Under the pieces are notes generated by a model. The model saw nothing but the letters and a program-made list of their open reading frames with translations, was not told where the DNA came from and ran no database searches. Below, in pieces: positions 48,949 through 58,179 of a DNA stretch of 64,000 bases. Source of the stretch: Clostridia bacterium (GTDB lineage Bacteria > Bacillota > TC1 > JBAXCZ01); contig JBAXCZ010000008.1 of assembly GCA_037141195.1 (NCBI GenBank), positions 2,525-66,524 on the forward strand, read 5' to 3'. The position numbers were made by a program, and so were the translations under genes. Position 1 is the stretch's first letter, and each line of letters opens with the position of its first letter.

Positions 48949-50076
48949 ATGCAGGATTTTTTTCAAAATTTACTACCATATTTCACGTTAGTGTCTTTGG
49001 TTAAACGATTGATTTTACCATTAGCTTTAGGGCTAGTCTTAACACCATTGGTCAAAAAATTTGCTTTTTTTGTTGGAGCAGTAGATAAACCAAACCAAAG
49101 GAAGGTTCATACCAAAATTATGCCTCGCATGGGAGGCATAGCTATCTATTTGGCTTTCGCAATCACGCTAATCCTAACAGAAGTGCTTACACCAAAACTG
49201 ATTGGGTTACTACTTGGTAGCTCGGTGATTATTCTTGTTGGGGGATTAGATGATACTTTAGATTTATCACCAAAAATAAAAATATTTGGACAAATGTTTG
49301 CTGCTTTAATTTTAGTAGGTTATGGGTATCAGGTAACTTATTTACGTTTACCTTTTGTGGCTGGTGTTATTGATTTAGGCTATTGGTCTATTCCATTTAC
49401 GGTATTTTGGTTGATTGGGGTAACTAATGCGATTAATCTGATTGATGGACTTGATGGTTTAGCAGCAGGAACTTCTGGTATAGCAATTCTTACTATGGGC
49501 GTTATTGCTATGGGGCAAGGTCTCTATCCAATTGCAATTGTCTGCATGATTCTATTTGCAAGCATTTTAGGGTTCTTACGCTATAATTTTAATCCTGCTT
49601 CTATTTTTATGGGAGATAGTGGATCTTTATTCTTGGGTTTTGTTTTAGGAGCAATTTCCATCGCAGGACTTACCAAAATTACAACTCTGCTTTCGGTCTT
49701 CTTACCTATTGTTGTACTAGGTGTACCTATTGTAGATACCCTAAGTGCAATTTTGCGAAGAAAGCTAGCAGGTAAGCCAATTTCAGTGGCAGATAAAAAA
49801 CATTTACACCACCGACTGTTAGAGCTTAATTTAAGCCATAGGCAGGTAGTGCTAGTGATTTATGCCATGGATGCAACTTTAGGGATTATAGCTATTGGTA
49901 TTTCCTTGATACGCTCCTCCTATAGTTATCTAATCATCGTTCTAACCTTCGTTTTAGTGGCTTTTGCCGCCTACAAATTTGGTATTATCGTAGACCATAA
50001 CCAAGGCGTCGAACACACGGAAATAATTGAGGAACAGACACTAACTGATGCTCACAAAGCTGATGAAAGTTTATAG
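48949..50076 (+). CDS. tagO: Undecaprenyl-phosphate GlcNAc-1-phosphate transferase (TagO/WecA, MraY family)
   Basis: DKPNQRKVH..MPRMGG, NAINLIDGLDGLA, FNPASIFMGDSGS and HLHHRL. Confidence 0.88.
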   Translation: MQDFFQNLLPYFTLVSLVKRLILPLALGLVLTPLVKKFAFFVGAVDKPNQRKVHTKIMPRMGGIAIYLAFAITLILTEVLTPKLIGLLLGSSVIILVGGLDDTLDLSPKIKIFGQMFAALILVGYGYQVTYLRLPFVAGVIDLGYWSIPFTVFWLIGVTNAINLIDGLDGLAAGTSGIAILTMGVIAMGQGLYPIAIVCMILFASILGFLRYNFNPASIFMGDSGSLFLGFVLGAISIAGLTKITTLLSVFLPIVVLGVPIVDTLSAILRRKLAGKPISVADKKHLHHRLLELNLSHRQVVLVIYAMDATLGIIAIGISLIRSSYSYLIIVLTFVLVAFAAYKFGIIVDHNQGVEHTEIIEEQTLTDAHKADESL

Positions 50077-50148
50077 TTTTGTATTGTAAGCAGAAAGTAT
50101 TTAGTGTATGATGTTTGCAAGAAATAGTTTGATGGAGAGGGTGATCAT

Positions 50149-50439
50149 ATGGAAAAGAAAAAAATAATTGGAGTTGTTGCTATAGCAATTTCTGCAGTGT
50201 CTGCAATAGGAGCGGCTATTTATGCAGGAACTAAGTTTTTGCGCAAGAAGAAGCAAGATGAACTAGTGGATGACTTCGACATCAATAACGAAGATATTGT
50301 GCTGAATCCTGATGTAGCAGATGTTGATAATGAAGTAGAAGCAGATTTAGCCTCAGTAAATGAAGCTGAAGCTGTAGTGGAAGAACAGGTTGAGGAAGAT
50401 GCAGAGGAAGTTCTTGCCTTCGAAAAGGCTACAGAATAA
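50149..50439 (+). CDS. Small membrane-anchored, highly acidic protein
   Basis: N-terminal TM, RKKK, then D/E-rich tail; own RBS and terminator. Confidence 0.7.
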   Translation: MEKKKIIGVVAIAISAVSAIGAAIYAGTKFLRKKKQDELVDDFDINNEDIVLNPDVADVDNEVEADLASVNEAEAVVEEQVEEDAEEVLAFEKATE

Positions 50440-50451
50440 AATAGATTGAGC

Positions 50452-50482
50452 AAAGGTTATTGCTTATGCAATAACCTTTTTT
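50452..50482 (+). terminator. Intrinsic terminator
   Basis: AAAGGTTATTGC-TTAT-GCAATAACCTTT + T-run. Confidence 0.8.
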
Positions 50483-50542
50483 ATGCACAAATACGAAGCT
50501 ATAAGTCTATACATGCTATTGCTTTAAGCATGATTGCTGAGG

Positions 50543-50571
50543 TTGACATAATTGCAAGAAATGTCTATACT
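50543..50571 (+). promoter_or_regulatory. sigma-A promoter for yczE-like/tyrS
   Basis: TTGACA-N17-TATACT; GACAT...ATGTC dyad overlaps it. Confidence 0.65.
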
Positions 50572-50606
50572 AAAATGGTTTAGTATGAATAATGACAGGA
50601 GAAAAA

Positions 50607-51254
50607 ATGCAGTATTTTCAAAGATTTTGCAAGTTGCTTATTGGATTATTCGTTATGTCCTTGGCTATAGTACTTTTGATGCAAGCTAATGTTGGCTATG
50701 CACCTTGGGAGGTATTTAGCGCTGGGGTTGCCAGTCTAACAAAGTTGCGTGTTGGCACAGTAACAGTTATAGTTGGCTTAGTGATTGTGCTGATTGATTA
50801 TCTAGCAAAAGAAAAAATGGGGTTTGGTACTATTCTCAATATGCTACTGCTTGGTGGCTTTATGAATTTGATTAATGGTATGCAAATAATTCCTCTTGCG
50901 GTTGATGTTTGGCAAAGTGCGCTGATGCTTTTTATTGGACTAGTACTTATTGGCATAGGCTCTTTTCTTTATATGACAGCAGGATTTGGAGCAGGACCTA
51001 GGGATACATTTATGGTTATGTTGATGCGTAAAACTGGGTTATCACTAGGTATTTGCCGTGGTATTGTGGAATGTACAGTTGCGTTAATTGGATATTTACT
51101 CGGTGGACAAGTGGGAATAGGCACAATTGTTATTGCGCTTAGTATAGGTTATTTCGTGCAAATTACTTATTTTTTAATGCAGCAAGATCCCAAAGCAATC
51201 CAGCATGAAACATTTAATACCACTATGAAAAAAATGTTATTTATAAATAAATAA
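50607..51254 (+). CDS. YczE/YyaS/YitT family membrane protein
   Basis: ANVGYAPW, GFGTILN, GAGPRD and GGQVGIGT; ATG 50607 after AGGAG. Confidence 0.85.
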   Translation: MQYFQRFCKLLIGLFVMSLAIVLLMQANVGYAPWEVFSAGVASLTKLRVGTVTVIVGLVIVLIDYLAKEKMGFGTILNMLLLGGFMNLINGMQIIPLAVDVWQSALMLFIGLVLIGIGSFLYMTAGFGAGPRDTFMVMLMRKTGLSLGICRGIVECTVALIGYLLGGQVGIGTIVIALSIGYFVQITYFLMQQDPKAIQHETFNTTMKKMLFINK

Positions 51255-51274
51255 GAATTAGGAAGTGATGATAG

Positions 51275-52543
51275 GTGGAAAAGCTAGATGATGTCTTAAA
51301 AGAACTAAGTTGGAGAGGTCTAATTTATCAACAAACCGATGAAGAGGGTTTAAGAGAATATTTAAGAGAAAATAAAATCACTCTTTATTGTGGTGTAGAT
51401 CCAACAGCAGATAGCCTCCATATTGGTCACTTAGTGCCATATTTAGTCTTGCGCCGTTTTCAATTAGCTGGACATCAGCCTATTGTAATTGTTGGTTGCG
51501 GTACTGGGATGATTGGTGATCCAAGCGGTAAACGCTCAGAACGCACGCTGCAGGATGTGGAGATAATTTTAGCTAATGGAGAAAAACTTAAAGCTCAGAT
51601 TAGTAATGTGCTCTCTTCAGAAGGCAATAACGGGGTAATTTTTGCTAATAACTACGATTGGCTTAGTAGAATAACTTTGATTGAACTCTTAAGAGATTAT
51701 GGTAAATATTTTAATCTTGGTACAATGCTCGCCAAAGAAAGCGTAGCTTCTAGACTGGAAAGTGGAATTTCATTTACTGAATTCACCTATCAGATTTTGC
51801 AATCTATCGACTTTCAAGTGCTGTTTAAGCAGTACAATTGTCGTTTGCAGGTAGGTGGAAGTGAGCAGTGGGGTAATATCACTGCCGGGATAGATTTAAT
51901 TAGAAAAACTGTAGATGAAAACTCTAAAGCTTTTGGGCTGACAATTCCCTTAGTGACTAAAGCTGATGGCACAAAATTTGGCAAAACAGAGGCAGGGGCA
52001 ATTTGGCTAGATCCACTAAAGACTACTCCTTATGAATTTTATCAGTTTTGGTTTAACGCAGCTGATAGTGATGTGATAAAGTACTTAAAGCTTTTCACCT
52101 TTCTGCCTGAAAATGAAATTTCTGTACTTGCCATTGCTGTTGCAGAAGAGCCACACTTGCGGCAGGCGCAGCAAAAGTTAGCTGCAGAGGTTACTGGCTT
52201 CATTCATGGTACTGAAGCACTAGAGCAGGCATTACGGGTGTCTGAGGCTCTCTTTAGTGGAGATATCAAGGGCTTATCTTTAAGTGAAATAGAACTGGGC
52301 TTCAAGGATGTACCTTCTTGTGAAATTAGTGAGGAGCTAAAGTTAGTGGATGTTTTAGTCTATGCTAAGGCAGCTGCTTCAAAGAGAGAGGCTAGAGATT
52401 TTATCCAGAATAAGGCAATTAGTATTAATGGAGAAATTGTCACTGATGTTGATACTGTGCTAACTAAAGCTGCGGCTATTGCAGGTAAGCTTACAGTTAT
52501 TAGACGCGGCAAGAAGAAGTATTTTCTCGTGAAACATCTCTAA
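51275..52543 (+). CDS. tyrS: Tyrosine--tRNA ligase
   Basis: YCGVDPTADSLHIGH, QVGGSEQWGNI, KFGKT and S4 domain with RRGKK. Confidence 0.97.
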   Translation: MEKLDDVLKELSWRGLIYQQTDEEGLREYLRENKITLYCGVDPTADSLHIGHLVPYLVLRRFQLAGHQPIVIVGCGTGMIGDPSGKRSERTLQDVEIILANGEKLKAQISNVLSSEGNNGVIFANNYDWLSRITLIELLRDYGKYFNLGTMLAKESVASRLESGISFTEFTYQILQSIDFQVLFKQYNCRLQVGGSEQWGNITAGIDLIRKTVDENSKAFGLTIPLVTKADGTKFGKTEAGAIWLDPLKTTPYEFYQFWFNAADSDVIKYLKLFTFLPENEISVLAIAVAEEPHLRQAQQKLAAEVTGFIHGTEALEQALRVSEALFSGDIKGLSLSEIELGFKDVPSCEISEELKLVDVLVYAKAAASKREARDFIQNKAISINGEIVTDVDTVLTKAAAIAGKLTVIRRGKKKYFLVKHL

Positions 52544-52548
52544 TAATA

Positions 52549-52577
52549 TTGACAAAATATTACGGAGCACATATAAT
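52549..52577 (+). promoter_or_regulatory. sigma-A promoter of tRNA-Trp
   Basis: Perfect TTGACA-N17-TATAAT. Confidence 0.8.
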
Positions 52578-52595
52578 AAATCTTGTGCTTCACAT

Positions 52596-52671
52596 AGGGG
52601 AGTAGCTCAAATGGTAGAGTAGTGGTCTCCAAAACCATTGGTCGCAGGTTCGACCCCTGTCTCCCCTGCCA
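52596..52671 (+). tRNA. tRNA-Trp (CCA)
   Basis: 76-nt cloverleaf AGGGGAG.../CTCCCCT-G-CCA, anticodon loop CTCCAAA, T-loop GTTCGAC. Confidence 0.96.
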
Positions 52672-52678
52672 GATTATT

Positions 52679-52721
52679 AAAATAGCATCAATCCTAAACA
52701 AATAGGGTTGATGCTATTTTT
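52679..52721 (+). terminator. Terminator after tRNA-Trp
   Basis: AAAATAGCATCAATCCTA...TAGGGTTGATGCTATTTT. Confidence 0.8.
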
Positions 52722-52881
52722 GTATCTTTTTCTTGAATTATGTTGTTATATTTTGAAATTTTTGTGTCTTTACTCATTTTAGTTAGATTGTGGTTTATAA
52801 TATGTTTAATTGTCTAACTATTTAACTAGGCTTATATACCTAATAAATTATGGATAGAATTTTAGAGTTGGAGATGAATTT

Positions 52882-53583
52882 ATGCCTTTTATTCAAATGA
52901 TTGAAACTCATAAAAGCTACAAAATGGGTAACACAACTATTGTGGCAAATAATGGGATTAATTTTGAAATTGAGCAAGGTGAGTTTGTAGTAATTGTTGG
53001 CCCATCAGGAGCTGGTAAGTCTACTGTACTCAATATCCTCGGAGGTATGGATACCTGTGACGAGGGGCAGGTGCTAATTGATGGTAGAGACATTGCAAAA
53101 TTTACCGATAGAGAGCTAACTACTTATCGGAGACTAGAGATTGGTTTTGTCTTTCAGTTTTACAATTTGGTTCCTAATTTAACTGCGCTAGAAAATGTAG
53201 AATTAGCAGCACAAATTGTACCTCATGCTAAGGATGCCCAAGCGGTTATGGAGAGTGTAGAGCTGGGGAATAGATTAGATAATTTTCCTGCGCAGCTTTC
53301 TGGTGGTGAACAGCAAAGGGTGGCAATTGCTAGAGCTCTAGCCAAGAATCCTAAAATGCTCTTAGCTGATGAGCCAACAGGGGCTTTAGACTATAAAACT
53401 GGTAAGGCAATTTTACAGCTTTTACAGGATACCTGCAAAAATACTGGAACAACGGTGATTGTGATTACCCATAACCTAGCGATTGCACCGATTGCCGATC
53501 GTGTAATTGAGATTAATGATGCTAAGGTGAGGAAAATTAAGCTCAATGCACACCCTGTTTCTATCGATGAGATAGAATGGTAG
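52882..53583 (+). CDS. ABC transporter ATP-binding protein (LolD/MacB-type)
   Basis: [23 protein letters not shown] and [10 protein letters not shown]. Confidence 0.93.
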   Translation: MPFIQMIETHKSYKMGNTTIVANNGINFEIEQGEFVVIVGPSGAGKSTVLNILGGMDTCDEGQVLIDGRDIAKFTDRELTTYRRLEIGFVFQFYNLVPNLTALENVELAAQIVPHAKDAQAVMESVELGNRLDNFPAQLSGGEQQRVAIARALAKNPKMLLADEPTGALDYKTGKAILQLLQDTCKNTGTTVIVITHNLAIAPIADRVIEINDAKVRKIKLNAHPVSIDEIEW

Positions 53584-53595
53584 GTGCTATTTATC

Positions 53596-56500
53596 ATGGG
53601 TAAAAAAGCTTTAAGCAAAGATATTTTCAAAGAATTTTCAAAATCAATTACTCGCTTTATCTCAATTATGTTGATGATTGCTTTGGGTTCTTTTATCTTC
53701 GTCGGTCTTTATGTCACTGGACCAACTATGCGCAATACGCTACTTTCCTACACTGACAAGTACCAACTGGAAGATTTAACTGTGAGTTCCCCTTTTGGGT
53801 TGGAAATTGAGGATGAAGCTATACTTGCTTCTGTGCCAGGTGTTCAAATACTAGACTATAGCTATCGCTCAGATTTAATCATTCAGAATTCTGACGTGAT
53901 TGTGCGGGCTGAATCTCTTGGTAAGTTACCAAACTATGAAATCATCCAAGGCAGACTACCTAGCATGGCAGGCGAAATTGCTTTAGATGGCATAATGCTA
54001 GAAGATGGCTACAAGCTGGGTAATAAAATTACCTTTGAACCTAAAAAAATACAAGACAGCTATCCTTTGAATAATTATGATTTCTTGGTAGTTGGCTTTG
54101 TTAATTCACCAGAATATTTGATGAAAAGAGATAAAGGATCATCTTCTATTGGTGATGGTAAGGTTGATGGCTTTGGTATAATAACAAAAAACAATTTTGC
54201 GCTGGATAAAAGCAGTTTAGCAAGACTGACCTTTAGCGATGTGTACGGTCTTGATGCCTATTCTCATGAGTACAAAGCGAAAATGCAAGCACATAGTGCT
54301 GAAGTAGAACAAGCATTTGCTGCTCGTCCAGAAATTAGGCTCGCTGGGTATCAGCAAGAGGGTACAATTAAAATTTCTGATGCTGAGCTTAAAATTTCTG
54401 ATGCCCAGCAACAGCTGCTTGATGCAAAAGCTAAGCTTGTAGCAGCTAATACGAAGCTGCAAGAGGCTTGGGCTAGCTACCGTGCTGGGAAGGTTACTTT
54501 TAATCAGGAAATAGCTAAAGCCAAGGCAGAGCTTACCAAAGGACAGGAAGAACTACTAATTGCAAAAGATAAGCTTGCCAGTGGCTATAGCTTATTCGCT
54601 GCGGGAGAAAAAAAACTTGCTACTGCTCAAGCAGAATTTACGACTTCTGAGGCTGAGCTAATCGCTGCTAAAACTAAGCTTGACGATGGGCAAGCACAGC
54701 TAGATATTGCCCAGAAGAAACTGAATGATGGTAAAATTGAGCTTGCTGCAAAAACTGACGAACTAAATGCTGGATTAGTAAAGATAAGTGATGGCCTGAG
54801 TAAAATTAGTGCTGGTTATGCAGAAATAGATGCGGGTATTGCAGAAATAACTGCTGGTCTAGCTCAACTTGCAGTTGGTCTGCAACAGAATGATGCAGGT
54901 ATTGTAGCTTTAGCTAATTCTCTTGCAGATATAGATAGCCAGCTGCTAGTTATTGAGGGAGAGCTTGCTTTAACCGAGCCCGGTGCAGAGCGGGATCAGT
55001 TACTACTAACTAAATCCACTCTTGAACAACAAAGGGCAGAGTTTGCAGCACAAAAAACGCAGCTAGAAGCTACAAAGGTAGCACTATTTTCGCAGCAGGC
55101 TGGTTTGTTAGCTAAACAAGACTTGGCACTGAGCAAAAAAACCGAATTACAAGTACTTGAGAGTTCACTACTTGCTCAAAAACAAATAGCTCTAGCTGCC
55201 ATTCCTCTGCTAAATGATGCACAAATACAGCTAAGTATTGGACAGCAACAGTTGGATGGTGAACGGGCAAGTTTTAATACTAGCAAAGTAGAATATGAGA
55301 ATGGGCTAAGTAAGTTAGAAGCTGGGCGCATAGAGCTTGCCAAAGGAACTGCTGATGTGGAAAAAGCCCGTCTAGATTTAGTGGACGGACAACTTAGCTA
55401 TGACGCAGGCGTGACAAAGCTAGCAGCTGGAAGAACAAAGCTTGCGGCTGAACGTCTAGCAGGAGAAAATAAATTGCGGTCTGCTTATAGTAAGCTTTTA
55501 ACTGGAGAGCAGGATTATCAAGAAGGTACTTTGGAGTATACAAATAAGCTGCCAACTGCAGAGCTTGATATTGCTAAGGGCAAGGAAGAACTGATAAAAT
55601 CCAAGAATCAGCTAGCATCGCTGAGGGTACCAGACTATACTATCCATGATAGATATATGGAAAGGGGCTTTAATCAGTTTATTCAAAACTCTGAGAGTAT
55701 GGATTTACTTTCGTTATTTTTCCCAGTTTTCTTTTTTTTAGTTGCACTTTTACTTTCTCTTACTACGATGACGCGTATGGTAGATGAACAAAGGTTACTG
55801 ATTGGCACCCTAAAATCCCTCGGTTATTCGAATTGGGATGTTATTAAAAAATATCTAGCATATGGGAGTCTTGCTAGCTTATTTGGGAGCATGCTTGGCA
55901 TTGTTGCAGGACAGAAAATCCTCATGCCTGTAGTTTTCCGTGCCTATGCTTCAAATTTTCTCTTTAAGCATGAGCTGCCTCTACTTTCTCCTGTATTCAG
56001 TTTCATAGCAGTATCTATTAGCTTGCTCTGCACAGGTTTTGTAGCATATCTTACAACGAGGGCTTCGCTACAAGACAATGTAGCTGCTCTACTTAGACCA
56101 AAAACACCAAAATCAGGTAATCGGATTTTTTTAGAGCGCTTAACTCCAATATGGAAAAGGATGTCCTTTAATTATAAGGTGACTGCCAGAAATATTTTCC
56201 GCTATAAAAAGCGTATGCTGATGACTATTCTCGGTGTAGCAGGCTGTAGTGCCCTGATTTTTTTGGGTTTTGGCATCCGTGACTCTGTCAGTACTATTTT
56301 GGGTAAACAGTATACTGAACTTTTTCGTTATGATTCTATTGTGATTTTTGATGAAAATAGCACGCCAAATGAGCTGGCTGATTTTCAAAAGAGATTACAA
56401 TTAGATAATCGTATTGCTGAAAATTATTCTGTGCGGTTTGAAGCAGGAATTGTAAAAATACCGGGACAGCTAGATCAAAATGTTGCTGTAGTAGTTCCAG

Positions 56501-57306
56501 AGGATGCAAAAGCATTCAGCAAAGTTAATCAACTTAGATCACGTAAAAGCATGACCATAATTCCCTTGGAGCATGGTGCAGTAATCAGCGAAAAGCTGGC
56601 GCATATGCTTGGACTGGGCGTGGGGGATAAGTTGGATTTTAAGGATAACGATGGTAATTATAAGACGATTAAAATTGCAGGGATTACTGAGAATTATGTT
56701 GGACATTACATTTATTTACCTGCTGGCTATTATGAAGAAATATTTGGAAAGGCATATCGCGCAAACAGTAATTACATTTTACTCCATGATGAGAGCGATG
56801 CAAGCATAAGCCTTTTTTCTGAAAGCATGTTGGAGCAAGAGGTGGTGCTAAGCACCTTAAATACCAATGTCACTGGTAAGGCTATAGTTGATTTGACAAA
56901 ATCCTTAAATATTGTAGTGCTGGTAATTGTGCTAGCATCTTCAATGTTGGCAATGGTTGTGCTGTATAATCTAACAAACATCAATGTTTCAGAACGCATT
57001 CGTGAATTATCTACTATTATGGTGCTAGGCTTTTATCCAAGAGAGGTTACTGGCTATGTTTATCGAGAAACTATGTTTTTAACGACTATAGGAATTTTTG
57101 TTGGCTATATTTTTGGACTAATGCTCCATAGTTTCATTGTTACATCACTGCCTCCTGCAAACATCTTATTAGATCCAGCAGTCAAGCTGACCAGTTATAT
57201 TTTTGCTGCGGCTTTTACTCTGGCATTTTCTCTAATTGTTATGCTGATAATGCATCAGAAACTCAAAAATATTGATATGGTAGAAGCTTTGAAAGCTATT
57301 GAATAA
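53596..57306 (+). CDS. FtsX-like ABC permease with long extracellular coiled coil
   Basis: RFISIMLM, FPVFFFLVA..TTMTRMVDEQR, VVLYNLTNINVSERIRE; ~400-aa heptad-repeat region. Confidence 0.9.
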   Translation: MGKKALSKDIFKEFSKSITRFISIMLMIALGSFIFVGLYVTGPTMRNTLLSYTDKYQLEDLTVSSPFGLEIEDEAILASVPGVQILDYSYRSDLIIQNSDVIVRAESLGKLPNYEIIQGRLPSMAGEIALDGIMLEDGYKLGNKITFEPKKIQDSYPLNNYDFLVVGFVNSPEYLMKRDKGSSSIGDGKVDGFGIITKNNFALDKSSLARLTFSDVYGLDAYSHEYKAKMQAHSAEVEQAFAARPEIRLAGYQQEGTIKISDAELKISDAQQQLLDAKAKLVAANTKLQEAWASYRAGKVTFNQEIAKAKAELTKGQEELLIAKDKLASGYSLFAAGEKKLATAQAEFTTSEAELIAAKTKLDDGQAQLDIAQKKLNDGKIELAAKTDELNAGLVKISDGLSKISAGYAEIDAGIAEITAGLAQLAVGLQQNDAGIVALANSLADIDSQLLVIEGELALTEPGAERDQLLLTKSTLEQQRAEFAAQKTQLEATKVALFSQQAGLLAKQDLALSKKTELQVLESSLLAQKQIALAAIPLLNDAQIQLSIGQQQLDGERASFNTSKVEYENGLSKLEAGRIELAKGTADVEKARLDLVDGQLSYDAGVTKLAAGRTKLAAERLAGENKLRSAYSKLLTGEQDYQEGTLEYTNKLPTAELDIAKGKEELIKSKNQLASLRVPDYTIHDRYMERGFNQFIQNSESMDLLSLFFPVFFFLVALLLSLTTMTRMVDEQRLLIGTLKSLGYSNWDVIKKYLAYGSLASLFGSMLGIVAGQKILMPVVFRAYASNFLFKHELPLLSPVFSFIAVSISLLCTGFVAYLTTRASLQDNVAALLRPKTPKSGNRIFLERLTPIWKRMSFNYKVTARNIFRYKKRMLMTILGVAGCSALIFLGFGIRDSVSTILGKQYTELFRYDSIVIFDENSTPNELADFQKRLQLDNRIAENYSVRFEAGIVKIPGQLDQNVAVVVPEDAKAFSKVNQLRSRKSMTIIPLEHGAVISEKLAHMLGLGVGDKLDFKDNDGNYKTIKIAGITENYVGHYIYLPAGYYEEIFGKAYRANSNYILLHDESDASISLFSESMLEQEVVLSTLNTNVTGKAIVDLTKSLNIVVLVIVLASSMLAMVVLYNLTNINVSERIRELSTIMVLGFYPREVTGYVYRETMFLTTIGIFVGYIFGLMLHSFIVTSLPPANILLDPAVKLTSYIFAAAFTLAFSLIVMLIMHQKLKNIDMVEALKAIE

Positions 57307-57312
57307 TGCAAA

Positions 57313-57362
57313 AAACAAGCAAAGGAGCAATAATCATTTGATTGTTGCTCCTTTGCTTGTTT
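57313..57362. terminator. Bidirectional terminator between convergent genes
   Basis: AAACAAGCAAAGGAGCAATAATC/GATTGTTGCTCCTTTGCTTGTTT. Confidence 0.8.
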
Positions 57363-57382
57363 CTATAAGATAGATATATGCT

Positions 57383-58150
57383 TTACTTGAATACATAGCT
57401 TGTCATGGACATTGAACCCAGTATGCAAGCATCATTATATATACTAAGCTGGTCATCTGCTCTAGCTGCGCCTAGCACATATAAAAGTGGTAGGTAATGT
57501 TCTGGGGTAACGAAGGCAATCTCTGCTGATTTTCCTGCGGCTTGATAATTTACTACTTTCTCATATGCTTGATTTTTAATTGAATTTTCGATATAACTAT
57601 CAAACTCAATTGCCCAAGGATAACCCTGATCCATTTCCCAGTTAATCTTTGCTAGGTTATGGACTACGTTACCGCTTCCTAAGATTAAAACACCTTGGTC
57701 ACGCAAAATGCTGATTTCTTGCCCTATTTGAAAATGTGCTTCAGCACTAGCCTGCCTATCGAGGCTAAGTTGATAGACTGGAATATCAGCTTCTGGATAC
57801 ATTTTACAAAGTACAGACCAAGTACCATGGTCATAACCCCAACTATTATCAATTTCTACCTTTGCTTTAATTAAATTTTTAGTTTCATGGGCAAGTTTGA
57901 GGCTACCCATTGCTGGGTATGCTATTTCATATAATTCTTGGGGGAAACCATACATGTCATAAACCATTTTAGGTTGGGTAGCGTCTGTAATTCTACTGCC
58001 TAATGTATACCAATGTGCTGAAATTGCCAAGATTGCTGTTGGTTTAGGAATTTCATTAGCTATCTTCTCCCAATTTTTGGTAAAATAATTATCTTCAATA
58101 GCATTCATAGGTGAACCATGTCCGATAAATAAGGCTGGCATTCTTTGCAC
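57383..58150 (-). CDS. ygiD: 4,5-DOPA dioxygenase extradiol-like protein (LigB family)
   Basis: PALFIGHGSPMN, ISAHW, YDMYGFP, DHGTW, GSGNVVHNL and TPEHYLPL. Confidence 0.88.
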   Translation of the reverse strand: MQRMPALFIGHGSPMNAIEDNYFTKNWEKIANEIPKPTAILAISAHWYTLGSRITDATQPKMVYDMYGFPQELYEIAYPAMGSLKLAHETKNLIKAKVEIDNSWGYDHGTWSVLCKMYPEADIPVYQLSLDRQASAEAHFQIGQEISILRDQGVLILGSGNVVHNLAKINWEMDQGYPWAIEFDSYIENSIKNQAYEKVVNYQAAGKSAEIAFVTPEHYLPLLYVLGAARADDQLSIYNDACILGSMSMTSYVFK

Positions 58151-58179
58151 TTAAATCACCGACTTTCTTTGTTTGACTT

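Noticed and set aside
54330-55620. Long repetitive coiled coil in the ABC permease as a novel fusion
   Set aside because: Such heptad-repeat inserts are typical of this FtsX-like permease family in Bacillota.
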